Source: a virus. Taken from it: a stretch of 64,000 nt of DNA. The position numbers and the translations under genes are program-made. Positions 46,334-56,468 of this stretch are shown here, piece after piece. The stretch covers positions 27,808 to 91,807 of the IMG/VR virus record IMGVR_UViG_3300025887_000011; one strand, given 5' to 3'. Numbering within the stretch: the stretch's first letter is position 1; each line of letters opens with the position of its first letter. Below the pieces are notes generated by a model. That model worked only from the letters and a program-made list of their open reading frames with translations, was not told the DNA's origin and did no database searches.

Positions 46334-47202
46334 TAGAACAGTATCACCATAAAGTAACCAACTCTTTTATGCTTTGGTTTGACAATTACCTCTTGGATAA
46401 AGGTAAAGCTTATACAAACTACACAGGTATAGCTCTCGATCATTACACCGATGATAGATTAGATCCTGCTTATGAAGCTTATGGAAGCCCATATAAACAA
46501 TGGGTAATAGACTCTTCAATAACTGGAGCAATAATTCCTGATTATGTGACTGTAGGAAATACTCCATCTGGGCAATTCAACCCCTCTATTACTGGAAGAG
46601 AAGGGGTTGCTATCGATTTTGATAACGGAAGAGCATTAATGAAGGGTTCTAATGAAAACCTAAATGTAACATGTGATTTTTCAGTAAAAGATTTCAATCT
46701 ATATTTTACCAACGAAACAGAAGAGGATCTTATTATAGAAAACGACTATGAGATAAATTCAAGGATTATACCTAGAGAACAGAAGCCTATAGCACCATAC
46801 GATCAAGTTGTTCCAGCTGTATTTTTCAACACTACTTTTGCACAAAATAAAGGTTTTGCATTTGGAGGTATGGAAGAAACAACAACAAAAATAATAGCAA
46901 CTGTTATGTCTGAAGATAGTTATATGCTAGATGGTGTACTTTCTATCTTTGCAGACTCTCATAATGAGAACATAGCTATAATTCCTATGGAAGACCATCC
47001 ATTTAATGAGTTTAATGATTTAAAATCAGGCATTTACAACTATAAAAATCTGTCAAAAGAACATAACAAGTGTAATGGTATGTATGTTAATGGTGTTACT
47101 ACATCAAAGCTTACAGATAGAGCTAGAAAATCATTATCAAACGATATTTTTGTCGGTTTTATAGATTTCGAGCTTCAACAGCATAGATTTAGGCATCAAT
47201 AA
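46330..47202 (+). CDS. Tail terminator-like protein
   Basis: Immediately precedes the tube genes; P.VF....N..FAFGG pattern. Confidence 0.45.
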   Translation: MIEQYHHKVTNSFMLWFDNYLLDKGKAYTNYTGIALDHYTDDRLDPAYEAYGSPYKQWVIDSSITGAIIPDYVTVGNTPSGQFNPSITGREGVAIDFDNGRALMKGSNENLNVTCDFSVKDFNLYFTNETEEDLIIENDYEINSRIIPREQKPIAPYDQVVPAVFFNTTFAQNKGFAFGGMEETTTKIIATVMSEDSYMLDGVLSIFADSHNENIAIIPMEDHPFNEFNDLKSGIYNYKNLSKEHNKCNGMYVNGVTTSKLTDRARKSLSNDIFVGFIDFELQQHRFRHQ

Positions 47203-47249
47203 TTTCACAATACAAGAAAACAACTGTAAACATTTTAAATCATAATGCT

Positions 47250-48458
47250 ATGGCACAATCACGAAATAGAGTAATTTATCAATCGGAAGCGCTTTTTGGA
47301 AGTAAGGAATATAATTCCATCTCGAAAAAAGATCACACGCAGCTTTTCCGCGTACAAAGCGCGAACTACGGGTTCACAATTAACCGTCAAGACGTAAACC
47401 AGTATGGAAACTTGGCAAGAATCGATTCTTTGATTCTTGAGCCACCTACTGTTAACTTTGATATTAGTTATTATCCCACAAACGGTTATAACGAAAGAGC
47501 CCTAGGCTTTTCTGTTACAAACACAACTAACCCAGCAGAAGCTCAGTTTTCTTCTGGAGCACTTGCTGGAGGAAGCGGTCAAAACTTTTACGTTTTAACT
47601 GTCGAAGATGGATTCGATGCAAACCTCGATAGGGCTAGCGGTTCTACAGAACACCAAATCGTAGGAATCGGAAACGCCTTCCTTACAGACTACACCCTCG
47701 ATCTTGCAGTTGGATCTCTTCCTACTGCTACTGTTGCCTTCGAAGCTTCAAACATCATCTCTGACACTACTGTTACTGGTAATGACGCTTTGGGGACATT
47801 CGGTTATAGTGGTATTTCTAGTCCTGCTGTCGAGCCTGTCCAAGGAGTTCCTCTTAGCGATACAAACGCAGCTTTCGAAAATATTAAGATTCCTTATGCA
47901 ACTGGAAACTCTTGGTCTGGAGATAACGGAGTTTATACTTCAGACGCAGAAGACAAACTTTCAGCTCTTCGCCCAGGAGATATCGGACTTGATCTTACAT
48001 CGTTTAATGGCATTGCCTTAAGTACCATTGGAGGAACTAGTGGAATTCACGTTCAAAGCGCTTCTCTTTCATTGCCTCTTTCCAGAACACCAATTGAAAG
48101 ACTTGGTTCTAAATTCCCGTTTGCACGGGTTGTAGACTTCCCAGTTAACGCATCTTTAACAGTTAACGCTTTCGTTAACACTCAAGTTTCCCAAAACCTT
48201 GCAGATCTAATTTCTGGTTGCGGTGGACAAGGACTTAAAGAGGTTAGTGTTAGTCTCAAAGAGTGCGGAGGCACAACAGACGGACTAAAAATAACTCTTA
48301 AAGGATGTACTCTTGATTCTGAAAGCTTCTCATCAAGCATCGGATCAAACAAGAGTGTCGACTTAACTTTCTCAACTCAAATTGGAGGAATTAGAGATCT
48401 TGAAAAAGGAGTGTTCTTCAGCGGCAGCAACAATACACCCCTTCCCTGGGAATATTAA
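47250..48458 (+). CDS. Major tail tube protein A
   Basis: Gly/Ser/Thr-rich beta protein with high-expression codon usage; internal two-fold repeat RVQSA...R...G / HVQSA...R...LG. Confidence 0.75.
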   Translation: MAQSRNRVIYQSEALFGSKEYNSISKKDHTQLFRVQSANYGFTINRQDVNQYGNLARIDSLILEPPTVNFDISYYPTNGYNERALGFSVTNTTNPAEAQFSSGALAGGSGQNFYVLTVEDGFDANLDRASGSTEHQIVGIGNAFLTDYTLDLAVGSLPTATVAFEASNIISDTTVTGNDALGTFGYSGISSPAVEPVQGVPLSDTNAAFENIKIPYATGNSWSGDNGVYTSDAEDKLSALRPGDIGLDLTSFNGIALSTIGGTSGIHVQSASLSLPLSRTPIERLGSKFPFARVVDFPVNASLTVNAFVNTQVSQNLADLISGCGGQGLKEVSVSLKECGGTTDGLKITLKGCTLDSESFSSSIGSNKSVDLTFSTQIGGIRDLEKGVFFSGSNNTPLPWEY

Positions 48459-48500
48459 TAGTATAACTAAAAATTTATAAACATTTAATAAAAAAAACAA

Positions 48501-49643
48501 ATGGCAACTTCAAGAAATAGAGTAATTTATCAATCAGAATCCCTTTTTATCAGTAAAGAGCTGGATTCAGTAGTAACAGGCCAGCACTGCGAACTTATCC
48601 GTGTTCAAAGCGCTAACTATGGCTTCACCATCAACAGACAGGATGTAAACCAGTACGGAAACCTAGCAAGAATTGATTCTCTCGTTCTTGAGCCACCAAC
48701 AGTAAACTTTGATTATTCATATTACCTAGGTGACGGCTACAATGAAAAAGCAATGGGATTCGCTATTGATGGAAATTCACAGTTTGCATCTGGACACGTT
48801 GAAACATCAAGTGGAAACAACTTCTACATGGTTACTTCTAACGAAGGTATTGACGCAGTTGATTTCCTTAATGGAGACCCTTACAGTCTTGTCGGAATTG
48901 GAAACGCTTTCCTAAGTGATTACACTGTTGATCTTTCTGTAGGAGCGATACCAACCGTAACGGTTAGTTTTGAAGCTTCCAACATCAACTCTGAAAATGG
49001 TTTGGTTACGGGAACAGCACCTTCAAACAACAGGATTACAGGATCTCTTCCTTCTATCGATCCAGCTCTAGGAGATATTATTCCTGGCTCCCCTTCGATC
49101 AGAACACCAAGAAACACTGGAGATAACGGCCCAACAGCATTAAGACCTGGAGACATCACACTGTCTTTCCCTGGATTTGATGAGGGTGCCGCAGAATCTG
49201 GTACTCTTACCACGTTAAGTGGCGCAGGAGCATTCCACGTTCAAAGTGCATCTCTTTCAGTGCCTCTTTCAAGAACTCCAATTGAAAAGGTCGGTTCAAA
49301 GTTTCCGTTTGCTAGGGTTGTAGACTTCCCAGTTAACGCTACGCTTTCTGTAAATGCAGTTCTTAACACACTTCAAGCAGGAAACCTCGCAAAGGTTATT
49401 GCTGGTTGTGCTCAAGCTGGAGGCAAAGAAGTAGAACTTCAGGTTAATACCTGTGAAGGCCCATCAGCAATCAAGTGGACTCTTAAAGGAGCTACTTTAG
49501 ATTCTGAGAGTTTCTCATCGAGCATTGGATCAAATAAGACTGTAGACCTTACATTCGGAGTTCAGCTTGGTGGAGTTAATGACACTTCTCAGGGTATCGT
49601 TTGCGATGCTGCCGCCAAAACAAGAAACCCTTTCACGGCTTAG
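48501..49643 (+). CDS. Major tail tube protein B (tandem paralogue)
   Basis: Shares identical blocks with protein A (RVQSANYGFTINRQDVNQYGNLARIDSL; GSKFPFARVVDFPVNA; TLDSESFSSSIGSNK). Confidence 0.75.
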   Translation: MATSRNRVIYQSESLFISKELDSVVTGQHCELIRVQSANYGFTINRQDVNQYGNLARIDSLVLEPPTVNFDYSYYLGDGYNEKAMGFAIDGNSQFASGHVETSSGNNFYMVTSNEGIDAVDFLNGDPYSLVGIGNAFLSDYTVDLSVGAIPTVTVSFEASNINSENGLVTGTAPSNNRITGSLPSIDPALGDIIPGSPSIRTPRNTGDNGPTALRPGDITLSFPGFDEGAAESGTLTTLSGAGAFHVQSASLSVPLSRTPIEKVGSKFPFARVVDFPVNATLSVNAVLNTLQAGNLAKVIAGCAQAGGKEVELQVNTCEGPSAIKWTLKGATLDSESFSSSIGSNKTVDLTFGVQLGGVNDTSQGIVCDAAAKTRNPFTA

Positions 49644-49671
49644 TTGTTAATTAAACTTGTTCATATATAAT

Positions 49672-49701
49672 AAAAAACCCCGCTGCAAGGCGGGGTTTTT
49701 T
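49672..49701. terminator. Bidirectional intrinsic terminator
   Basis: AAAAAACCCCGC-T-GCAA-G-GCGGGGTTTTTT between convergent genes. Confidence 0.92.
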
Positions 49702-49727
49702 AGTTGACAATAATAACAAGGGTAACA

Positions 49728-50186
49728 CTACAAAACCTCTGCCTCAATCCCTCCAACCTGTCTAGGTTCGGATTGATACATATTATATCTAGTCACAAGA
49801 TCTGTTATTTCACTCTTTGCGTCGTTAGCCAAACCACGAATAACCTTTGCGGTTTCGTTTCTGTTTGCAAACGCGACTCTACTTTCTCCGTCTTTTAGAG
49901 AAATGATCTCACCAGAGCCATCGCTACAATTGTCCATAACGCCACGTAGGGCACTCCTAGCCTTCTTGGAGTAGTAATTGTGCATGTACATTCGTTTGTA
50001 TATAGCCCACGCCTCACAGTCTCCATCTGGAGGGTATTCACCGAATGATGTGTCTATAAGAGCATTTAGTGCTCCTACGTTACTTTCTAGCCAACATTCA
50101 ATAGATTGAAGTGAGTTTAATGAATCGTCGTTATCAAACTCACACTCCATTATTTCTGCAGCTGCTTTTTGTAAAGGTGTTTCCAT
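49728..50186 (-). CDS. Head-tail adaptor candidate
   Basis: Helical 152-aa protein downstream of the capsid gene; ISLKDGESRV beta hairpin as in SPP1 gp15-like adaptors. Confidence 0.5.
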   Translation of the reverse strand: METPLQKAAAEIMECEFDNDDSLNSLQSIECWLESNVGALNALIDTSFGEYPPDGDCEAWAIYKRMYMHNYYSKKARSALRGVMDNCSDGSGEIISLKDGESRVAFANRNETAKVIRGLANDAKSEITDLVTRYNMYQSEPRQVGGIEAEVL

Positions 50187-50705
50187 TTAAATATCTCCAA
50201 GTATTCTAAGCGCTTCTGCGTTTTTTGGATCTTTTGGATCAAGGATGATGGACTGTTTTGAAGTTGGCATTACATTCCTCATATTATTTTTATTTGTATC
50301 TAGGAAATGTTTTTTTAAAGCTGACTTCATTCTTTGATGAGGAAGGAATGGGTTTAGTCCAACCTTATAAGCCATATCTCTCATGTCTGCATAAGTCATA
50401 GAGTTAAGTTTTTCCTCAAATACGTCAGGTTCATTAGTTCCAAATGGACTAATCTCATCGATACCTAAAACAACCTCCAACTTAGCCATTTTCTCTCTGA
50501 ATTCAGGCGTGTTAACTTGGCCGCTAGCTTTCATTTCCTCAATTTGATCAATCAACGAAACCTTCTTTTGGGGTTTTTCTTCTTCTACTTTCTCAAAAGC
50601 TTCTTCTCGGGCTTCATCTAGTTTTTTTGCGGTGACCTCTTCGGTTTTGCTAACGCCGTAAGAAACGTCCGTGTTTTTCTTTTTTGATGTTTTTTTCTTT
50701 GCCAT
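50187..50705 (-). CDS. Hypothetical protein (late)
   Basis: 172-aa ORF; GTGTA motif at 50739-50735. Confidence 0.75.
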   Translation of the reverse strand: MAKKKTSKKKNTDVSYGVSKTEEVTAKKLDEAREEAFEKVEEEKPQKKVSLIDQIEEMKASGQVNTPEFREKMAKLEVVLGIDEISPFGTNEPDVFEEKLNSMTYADMRDMAYKVGLNPFLPHQRMKSALKKHFLDTNKNNMRNVMPTSKQSIILDPKDPKNAEALRILGDI

Positions 50706-50739
50706 ATTCTATTATAAGTTAGTTATACGATATTTACAC

Positions 50740-50771
50740 AAAAAAAGGCCACTCAGTTAAGAGCGGCCTTT
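50740..50771 (-). terminator. Intrinsic terminator after the major capsid gene
   Basis: Minus strand GGCCGCTC-TTAACT-GAGTGGCC-T7, running into a GTGTA motif. Confidence 0.88.
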
Positions 50772-50809
50772 AAAAATTAGTTTTTTATTGATTGTATTAA
50801 CTAAGATCT

Positions 50810-51937
50810 TTACAGACCTTTACAGATAACACCTGCAAGAGCGCGGTTATCGAGAACCATACGGCCCTCTTCGATACCACCGTACCAACCGATCTTATTC
50901 TGACGAATACTGTACTGGTCATCAGCGGTAAGCTGGAACTCAGAACCGTTTTCTTCGTCAACTGCGATAGCTTTAACGAGCGCGTCGCGTCCACGATCAA
51001 GTCCAAGAAGGATTTCGTCACCTGCTCCAAATACAGCACCACTGGTACCATCTGCTTTGGTGTAAGATTTTGCACCAGCGACGGCCTCAAAGATTGTGTT
51101 GAACTTTTGTCCAATACCAAGCTCGTTGACTTCCATAATGGAAATACCGTAGAAGTCAGGAAGACCACCACCAGATTGGTAAACAGACTCTCTGAGTGCC
51201 TCTGGAGCAGCAATATCAGCACCGTTTGAGTCGTTAGACTTGGTGTTTACTGCGTTGTAAGACATGGCGCGAAGAGATTTAACTGCTTCTGGAGAAACCA
51301 TGATGTCGGTAATTCCACGACGACCACCTTCAGGAGTTCCTTTGGCCCATGAAGTATTGATACGCTTGGCGCGAGTCAAAAGCTCATTGAAGTCGTCAAG
51401 AAGGAAAGAGCCGTCAACAGCAGCGCGGAAAACGTGATCCTTGCCGTTGGTTTCAGCACCTGCAACAGCACCCATGATAAGGTTAGCTGAAGTCTTCTCT
51501 TGCTTGAGAAGAATTTCTTGAGCCATGCGAGTGAATGTCTTGCTGATTACGTCCATGCGGCTCTTAGCTGCATAACGACGGTCAAAGCTAACAGCGGTAT
51601 CAAGGCTATAAGTAGCTACTTTAAGCTCGGATACCGTAGGAACAACTTGGTTCTGTGGAAGACCACCAGCAACAGTGTTGCTGTAGATCTGCACGTAGTC
51701 CTCGTCAGTTACGTCATAGTAAAGATCAAGAGGAATAGATGGGTTGTCTTCGGAGTTGAACTGTAGCGAAGTAAACAGGTTACTAAGTACAGGAGCATTG
51801 TTGATTACTTCAGCGATAACTGGACCGATGAATTCAGCAAGTGCGACTTGAGCTTCATAAGCAACCGAGCGGTTCTTAGAGGCCATAGCTTTAATAAGCT
51901 CGATTTGTTCTGGAGTTCTTTTAAGAGAAATTTTCAT
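50810..51937 (-). CDS. Major capsid protein
   Basis: 375 aa, after portal-protease-cement genes, strong codon bias, followed by a terminator; HK97-like spine helix (MAQEILLKQE) and MVSPE. Confidence 0.85.
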   Translation of the reverse strand: MKISLKRTPEQIELIKAMASKNRSVAYEAQVALAEFIGPVIAEVINNAPVLSNLFTSLQFNSEDNPSIPLDLYYDVTDEDYVQIYSNTVAGGLPQNQVVPTVSELKVATYSLDTAVSFDRRYAAKSRMDVISKTFTRMAQEILLKQEKTSANLIMGAVAGAETNGKDHVFRAAVDGSFLLDDFNELLTRAKRINTSWAKGTPEGGRRGITDIMVSPEAVKSLRAMSYNAVNTKSNDSNGADIAAPEALRESVYQSGGGLPDFYGISIMEVNELGIGQKFNTIFEAVAGAKSYTKADGTSGAVFGAGDEILLGLDRGRDALVKAIAVDEENGSEFQLTADDQYSIRQNKIGWYGGIEEGRMVLDNRALAGVICKGL

Positions 51938-51967
51938 ATTTATATATTTTCTAGTTGTTTGTTAAGA

Positions 51968-52573
51968 TTACAGACCAAGTGCGATAACTGCATAATCACC
52001 AGCGAAAGCGTCAGTGATAGTTCCGCTTGAGCGGCTTCCAGTTCCGATTACAGTGCCAACTTTTTCAGCTGCTGTAGGGCCGCAAGGAGCAAGCTTTCCA
52101 GAAGCTCCAAGTGCTACACCGCCACCGACTGCAAGTGCTCCGTCATAACCAAGAGAAGTCAAGGTAAAGACTCCGCGAGTAGCTACAGGAACAGCTTGTC
52201 CAGGTAGTACACAGAAAAGCTCTTCAGCTTTGATTGGGTTGTAAAGAAGCTTCTCTCCGTTTTCGTCAGTCTTAGCTGTTTGGCGAAGAGTAAGTCCAAG
52301 CATAGCGTCTCCGCTTGTTGCTGGAGCACACTCAAGCTGAACGCTTGGGTACTGAGCTTTAACGAAAGGATAATCGGTCTTACCAAGGTAAGCGTTATCT
52401 GAGTAAGCTACGGGGTCTTTATCGAAGTTTCCAGCGGAAACTTTAACAAAAACACCTGCATCGCCGTTGCCTGAGTCTGTAGTAGCCTCGTTAGCATAAG
52501 CACCGTCTAGTGCGAAAAGATTGATAACATCATTTTCGTCGTATTGTCTGAATGGTAGAATTCTGAGTGACAT
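51968..52573 (-). CDS. Capsid decoration/cement protein
   Basis: Small Gly/Ala-rich protein between scaffold and capsid genes; PGQAVPVATRG.F. Confidence 0.7.
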   Translation of the reverse strand: MSLRILPFRQYDENDVINLFALDGAYANEATTDSGNGDAGVFVKVSAGNFDKDPVAYSDNAYLGKTDYPFVKAQYPSVQLECAPATSGDAMLGLTLRQTAKTDENGEKLLYNPIKAEELFCVLPGQAVPVATRGVFTLTSLGYDGALAVGGGVALGASGKLAPCGPTAAEKVGTVIGTGSRSSGTITDAFAGDYAVIALGL

Positions 52574-52597
52574 AATTATTATTTTAGTTTAGATTGT

Positions 52598-54142
52598 TTA
52601 AGAGATTTCAATGTTGCTGCGATCAAATGCAGCTGAAAAGCGGTCTTTAAGAGACTGCTCTTCGCGGGAAAGTGTTTCGTTGGAGTTTGCAATGCAAGCT
52701 TCTGTAGCTTCAGCAGAATCAAGAATTTCTTCTTCTGTTTTGCTAGCAACAACTTCTTCAACTTCGCTGTCAGTAGAAAGTCTTTTTTGGACTTCTTCCA
52801 TAATGCGAGCTTCGATTTGCTTTTCAAATTCAGCTTTAGCTTCTTTGCTCTTGTGCTTCCAGAGTACTGTGAGTTTATCTTCGAAAGAAGCAAACGCTTC
52901 TTCAGCTTCGTCGATAGACTTCAGCTCCTTAGCCAAAAACTCCTTATCTTCGTCTTCAAGATCAAACTTTTGATCAAGAACGTCCATACGCTCGTTAAAA
53001 CGTGCAATTGCCTCCTCTGCTTTTTGGGCAGATTCGTAGTCAGCAATTTTCATCTGGGCTTCATCGAACTTAGATTTCAACTCTTCGACTGAAGACTTGA
53101 GTTCTGCTTGTTCTTTGGCTACAGCCTCTTTTTCTTCTTGAGCCTTGGCAAGTTCTGCACGAAATTCCTCGTCTTTTTCTTTGATAGCATCTGTAAAGGT
53201 GCTGGTCATAGAGGCGATTGCTTCATGCGAGAACTTCTTTTCGGTAAGAAGATCCTTCAGTTCGTCGATAACTTTTTCAGTTTCCATAGAATTTTTAATC
53301 TTTTTAAGGTTTACATTAGTTTTTTCACTTTGTGAAATATTTTTATCTCTTTTGTCGTTTATTGTTACAGGGTTTTCTCCCTGTTTTTTCATATGAACTC
53401 CCTTTACATCGGCAGCTGGGTTAGATGTATATCCAATTCCAAGAGGGTAAATTTTACCTTTGATAAGCCTATTTACTGGCCTTCCATCTTCGGTATATCC
53501 AGAGCCCCCATATGATTTTAAACAGCCTAGCATTTCCTGCATTTCGTCTCCACCATCAATGATGGTTGACTCTTCCAGGTATTCACTGCCAACGGCTAAA
53601 ACAAATTCTGAAAATCCAACTTCCCAGCTTGTTGATATTGATTGATTATAAGGCCCTGGAGAACAAGACCTTTCAAGAGCTTCTGCAAAGGTAGAATTAG
53701 CCGACTTATAAACCAAAGCTCCCAACGCAATGTTAAATGGTTTTTTATAATTTTTAACGTCTGATTCTGAAAGTATTGAACTTGTCCCGTAATCACTCCA
53801 ACCTGCATTAACAATGTGACCTACAATTCTGTCTTTATCGTGTTCGATATTTGTAGGTTTATGTAAGAAGTTTTTTGTGTAAGCTACTGCTGTTTCTGAA
53901 TCGATTCCGTCTCCGTTTTTATTAAACCTATTAACAACTGCAGCATTAAAAGCCACCCCCATTAAGTCTATGTTGTCTTCAAAATCTATTCCTTCAGGAA
54001 TTAGAGATTCAAGATTACTTAATGAAGCTTTTGATATAAATGAAGACTCACTTATTTCACACGGTAAAACGTCCGCCTCAAATGTCGTTGTGTATTTGTA
54101 ATCTGGAACTCCAGCCTTATTTTTCTTCTTACTTAATCTCAT
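52598..54142 (-). CDS. Prohead protease fused to coiled-coil scaffold
   Basis: N.NGD, KPTNIEH...IVGH, STSWE, G.G.T.NPAA; acidic coiled-coil C-half. Confidence 0.8.
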   Translation of the reverse strand: MRLSKKKNKAGVPDYKYTTTFEADVLPCEISESSFISKASLSNLESLIPEGIDFEDNIDLMGVAFNAAVVNRFNKNGDGIDSETAVAYTKNFLHKPTNIEHDKDRIVGHIVNAGWSDYGTSSILSESDVKNYKKPFNIALGALVYKSANSTFAEALERSCSPGPYNQSISTSWEVGFSEFVLAVGSEYLEESTIIDGGDEMQEMLGCLKSYGGSGYTEDGRPVNRLIKGKIYPLGIGYTSNPAADVKGVHMKKQGENPVTINDKRDKNISQSEKTNVNLKKIKNSMETEKVIDELKDLLTEKKFSHEAIASMTSTFTDAIKEKDEEFRAELAKAQEEKEAVAKEQAELKSSVEELKSKFDEAQMKIADYESAQKAEEAIARFNERMDVLDQKFDLEDEDKEFLAKELKSIDEAEEAFASFEDKLTVLWKHKSKEAKAEFEKQIEARIMEEVQKRLSTDSEVEEVVASKTEEEILDSAEATEACIANSNETLSREEQSLKDRFSAAFDRSNIEIS

Positions 54143-56120
54143 TACTATGATATAAAATTGCTGCTGAGTAATTATCTAGCTCATGTTCTGCCGCTATTTC
54201 TAAAATTTCTGGCAATACATCTAGATCTTGTATTTCTTCTAGGTTAGATACACAAGAAAGAGCTTTTTGTGTCCAATTTTCCATATTGGTAGAGCAAACG
54301 ATACCTTCACATAAGCTATCAAGAATTCCTTCTTTACTTTTTGTAAATCTTTTTATGTTTAGCTTATCTTTCATTTCTTGTTTTATGGAAGCTCTGATAG
54401 TCTCTAGATTAGATATAGTTTCTTGGATATTTGTTCTGGAATATTTAGCTTCTGAGTTTTCTTGAGGTATTCCAGATGTACCCTCTGGTCTTCCTGGTTG
54501 CCCTTTCGGTCCTGTTTGATTACTTGGATTATCATCTTCTTCCATTTCCTCTTTGAACATTGGAACTCCTCCGACAATAGGGTTGTAATAACCTTCTTCC
54601 CTTTCCTCTATAAACTTTTTCTGTGAAGGTGAGATTTCTTCTACTTTTGGAAACTTGCCAGTATGGAACATTTCCATTCCTTGTTGAGGTGTAATAATAC
54701 CTAATTCCATAAGTCTTGTAGACACACGCATAAGTTGAGTCTCGTCTCTCATATCAATATCTTTAAACATCGCTGTTGGATAAGACCTAAATCCCAGACT
54801 TTTAGCTACTCTTTTCATTTCTTTGTCTAAAAAGTCTGACAAGAATGCGTTTCTAGCTTCTTTTAGTCTATCAATGAATATTTGAGCTTTAACTTGAGTC
54901 GCTCCATATTTTTCCTCTCCAACAACTACGTTTTGAAGTCCTTGTTTGATGTCCTCGTTTAAAACTTTGTATTTTTCTGAGCCTAAAACTTTATTTAGAT
55001 CTGGAAGAATGAAGTCAGCCTTGGTTGTGTAGTCAGAAACCAGAACCCTACCAACACTTTCATTCTTAAATAAACCTTGCATTGCGTTTATATTGTGAGG
55101 GCTTATCCCTCCTTTATCAGGCTCTGCCCCCATAGTAATAAGTAAGATAACATTCTCTACGGTTCTTGTTATGGCTTGATCCATTTTTTTCAGTTCAAGC
55201 TTGGCGTTGATATCTTCTAAAACTGGATAGCCGAAAGGTATAGCAAAAGGCTCATAATCCTGCTTCTTATAAAAAGAATGGGACACTTTATCTGGGTCTA
55301 GTTTTATCTTCAAACCATCAACATTATAAGCTCCTTTTTTTATCTGTTCTTTTACGTCAGCTGGAAGAGCGTTAAATATTTCTTTATCTTCTTCTGTTGT
55401 AGGGTTTTGCAACCTAGACATTTCGTATTCTGAAAGTATTTTTTGATAAGCACCCTCGTTAAAAGAAGAGGCTCTTGAGGCTACAATATCGTATGGATTC
55501 ATCACAACATACCTAACTGGTATTTTGTTTTCCACTACAGCTCTAGGACTTATTGATTTTATCAAATCAGAGAAATCGTTAGCCTTAAACTTTCCATCTA
55601 TTCTATAAAGAAAGATGTTACCACTGCGATAGTACTCCCTGAAGTATTGATCTTTAAGGTTTTGTAAGTTTATCTTTTTAAACCATTGTTTGAAAAACGT
55701 TCTGCTTTTCTTTGTTCCTCCTTCTAAAAAAAGTTCAGTATTTGCAAACTCCGACATTATATCTACAGCATTTCTAAAAACTGAGATATTTGCATAAGCT
55801 TTTTGGCATAATTCAATAGCATCTCTGACATTAACTCCGTCAGCAGAATATTCGTAAGGAAGAAGACCTCTTCTTATACTAGAATACCTATCTATTGTTT
55901 GGCTGAATGCCGCCCTGTTAACTCTTGAGGCTCCTTTTGCTGATGTCGTTCTAGTTCCGCAAGAAGCTTTGGATACTTTTACTGATGCGTCTGAAGTGTA
56001 AAAAGGTTCTCCCACAAGTTCGGGGGAGAAATTTTCTTCTAAAGCGGGGATGTTCGCTTGCGTGGTTTTTTCAAATTTTTGCCAGTAATTTGACTTCTTA
56101 TTGTATTGCCTCTTCGCCAT
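54129..56120 (-). CDS. Portal protein
   Basis: Between terminase and protease; FRNAVDIMSEF, EYYRSGN.F.Y, KKQDYEPFAIP, C-terminal GRP. Confidence 0.85.
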   Translation of the reverse strand: MAKRQYNKKSNYWQKFEKTTQANIPALEENFSPELVGEPFYTSDASVKVSKASCGTRTTSAKGASRVNRAAFSQTIDRYSSIRRGLLPYEYSADGVNVRDAIELCQKAYANISVFRNAVDIMSEFANTELFLEGGTKKSRTFFKQWFKKINLQNLKDQYFREYYRSGNIFLYRIDGKFKANDFSDLIKSISPRAVVENKIPVRYVVMNPYDIVASRASSFNEGAYQKILSEYEMSRLQNPTTEEDKEIFNALPADVKEQIKKGAYNVDGLKIKLDPDKVSHSFYKKQDYEPFAIPFGYPVLEDINAKLELKKMDQAITRTVENVILLITMGAEPDKGGISPHNINAMQGLFKNESVGRVLVSDYTTKADFILPDLNKVLGSEKYKVLNEDIKQGLQNVVVGEEKYGATQVKAQIFIDRLKEARNAFLSDFLDKEMKRVAKSLGFRSYPTAMFKDIDMRDETQLMRVSTRLMELGIITPQQGMEMFHTGKFPKVEEISPSQKKFIEEREEGYYNPIVGGVPMFKEEMEEDDNPSNQTGPKGQPGRPEGTSGIPQENSEAKYSRTNIQETISNLETIRASIKQEMKDKLNIKRFTKSKEGILDSLCEGIVCSTNMENWTQKALSCVSNLEEIQDLDVLPEILEIAAEHELDNYSAAILYHSNEIK

Positions 56121-56125
56121 AAAAT

Positions 56126-56179
56126 ATTATACACAAAAAAGCATTAAAGTTAACTTTTAACTTTTACAACTTTAACTTT
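56126..56179 (-). promoter_or_regulatory. GTGTA late promoter of the head operon with upstream AAAGTT repeats
   Basis: GTGTATAAT with GTGTA-N9-ATG; palindrome AAAGTTAACTTT at 56146-56157; AACTTT x4. Confidence 0.65.
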
Positions 56180-56447
56180 ATCTTTGATACTTTACTTTTA
56201 TAACCATGGTTTCGTCTCCATCAGTTTGAGTTATGTATGTTTCTCCTTTTTGATGAAGTTCATTCATAGCTTCTTTTGAAATGGTCATTTCGTGGTCATA
56301 GTCTCTCTCCTGAGTCTTATCTCCGTCATCAGATTCTTGAGTATAATCTTCGTTTGACTTAATTGTCACAAAGCGATCATTTGCGAATTCAATTGTAGCA
56401 ATAAACTTGCTTTTTTTCTCTTCTTTACTTTCTTCAGGTAAACTCAT
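56178..56447 (-). CDS. Acidic hypothetical protein; start revised to ATG 56447
   Basis: The track's GTG start at 56462 is the GTGTATAAT promoter motif, 10 nt before this ATG. Confidence 0.7.
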   Translation of the reverse strand: MSLPEESKEEKKSKFIATIEFANDRFVTIKSNEDYTQESDDGDKTQERDYDHEMTISKEAMNELHQKGETYITQTDGDETMVIKVKYQR

Positions 56448-56468
56448 AATATGATTATACACTAAAAC

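Noticed and set aside
49704-49731. TTGACA just after the bidirectional terminator
   Set aside because: No -10 box at 16-18 nt spacing and no credible plus-strand gene
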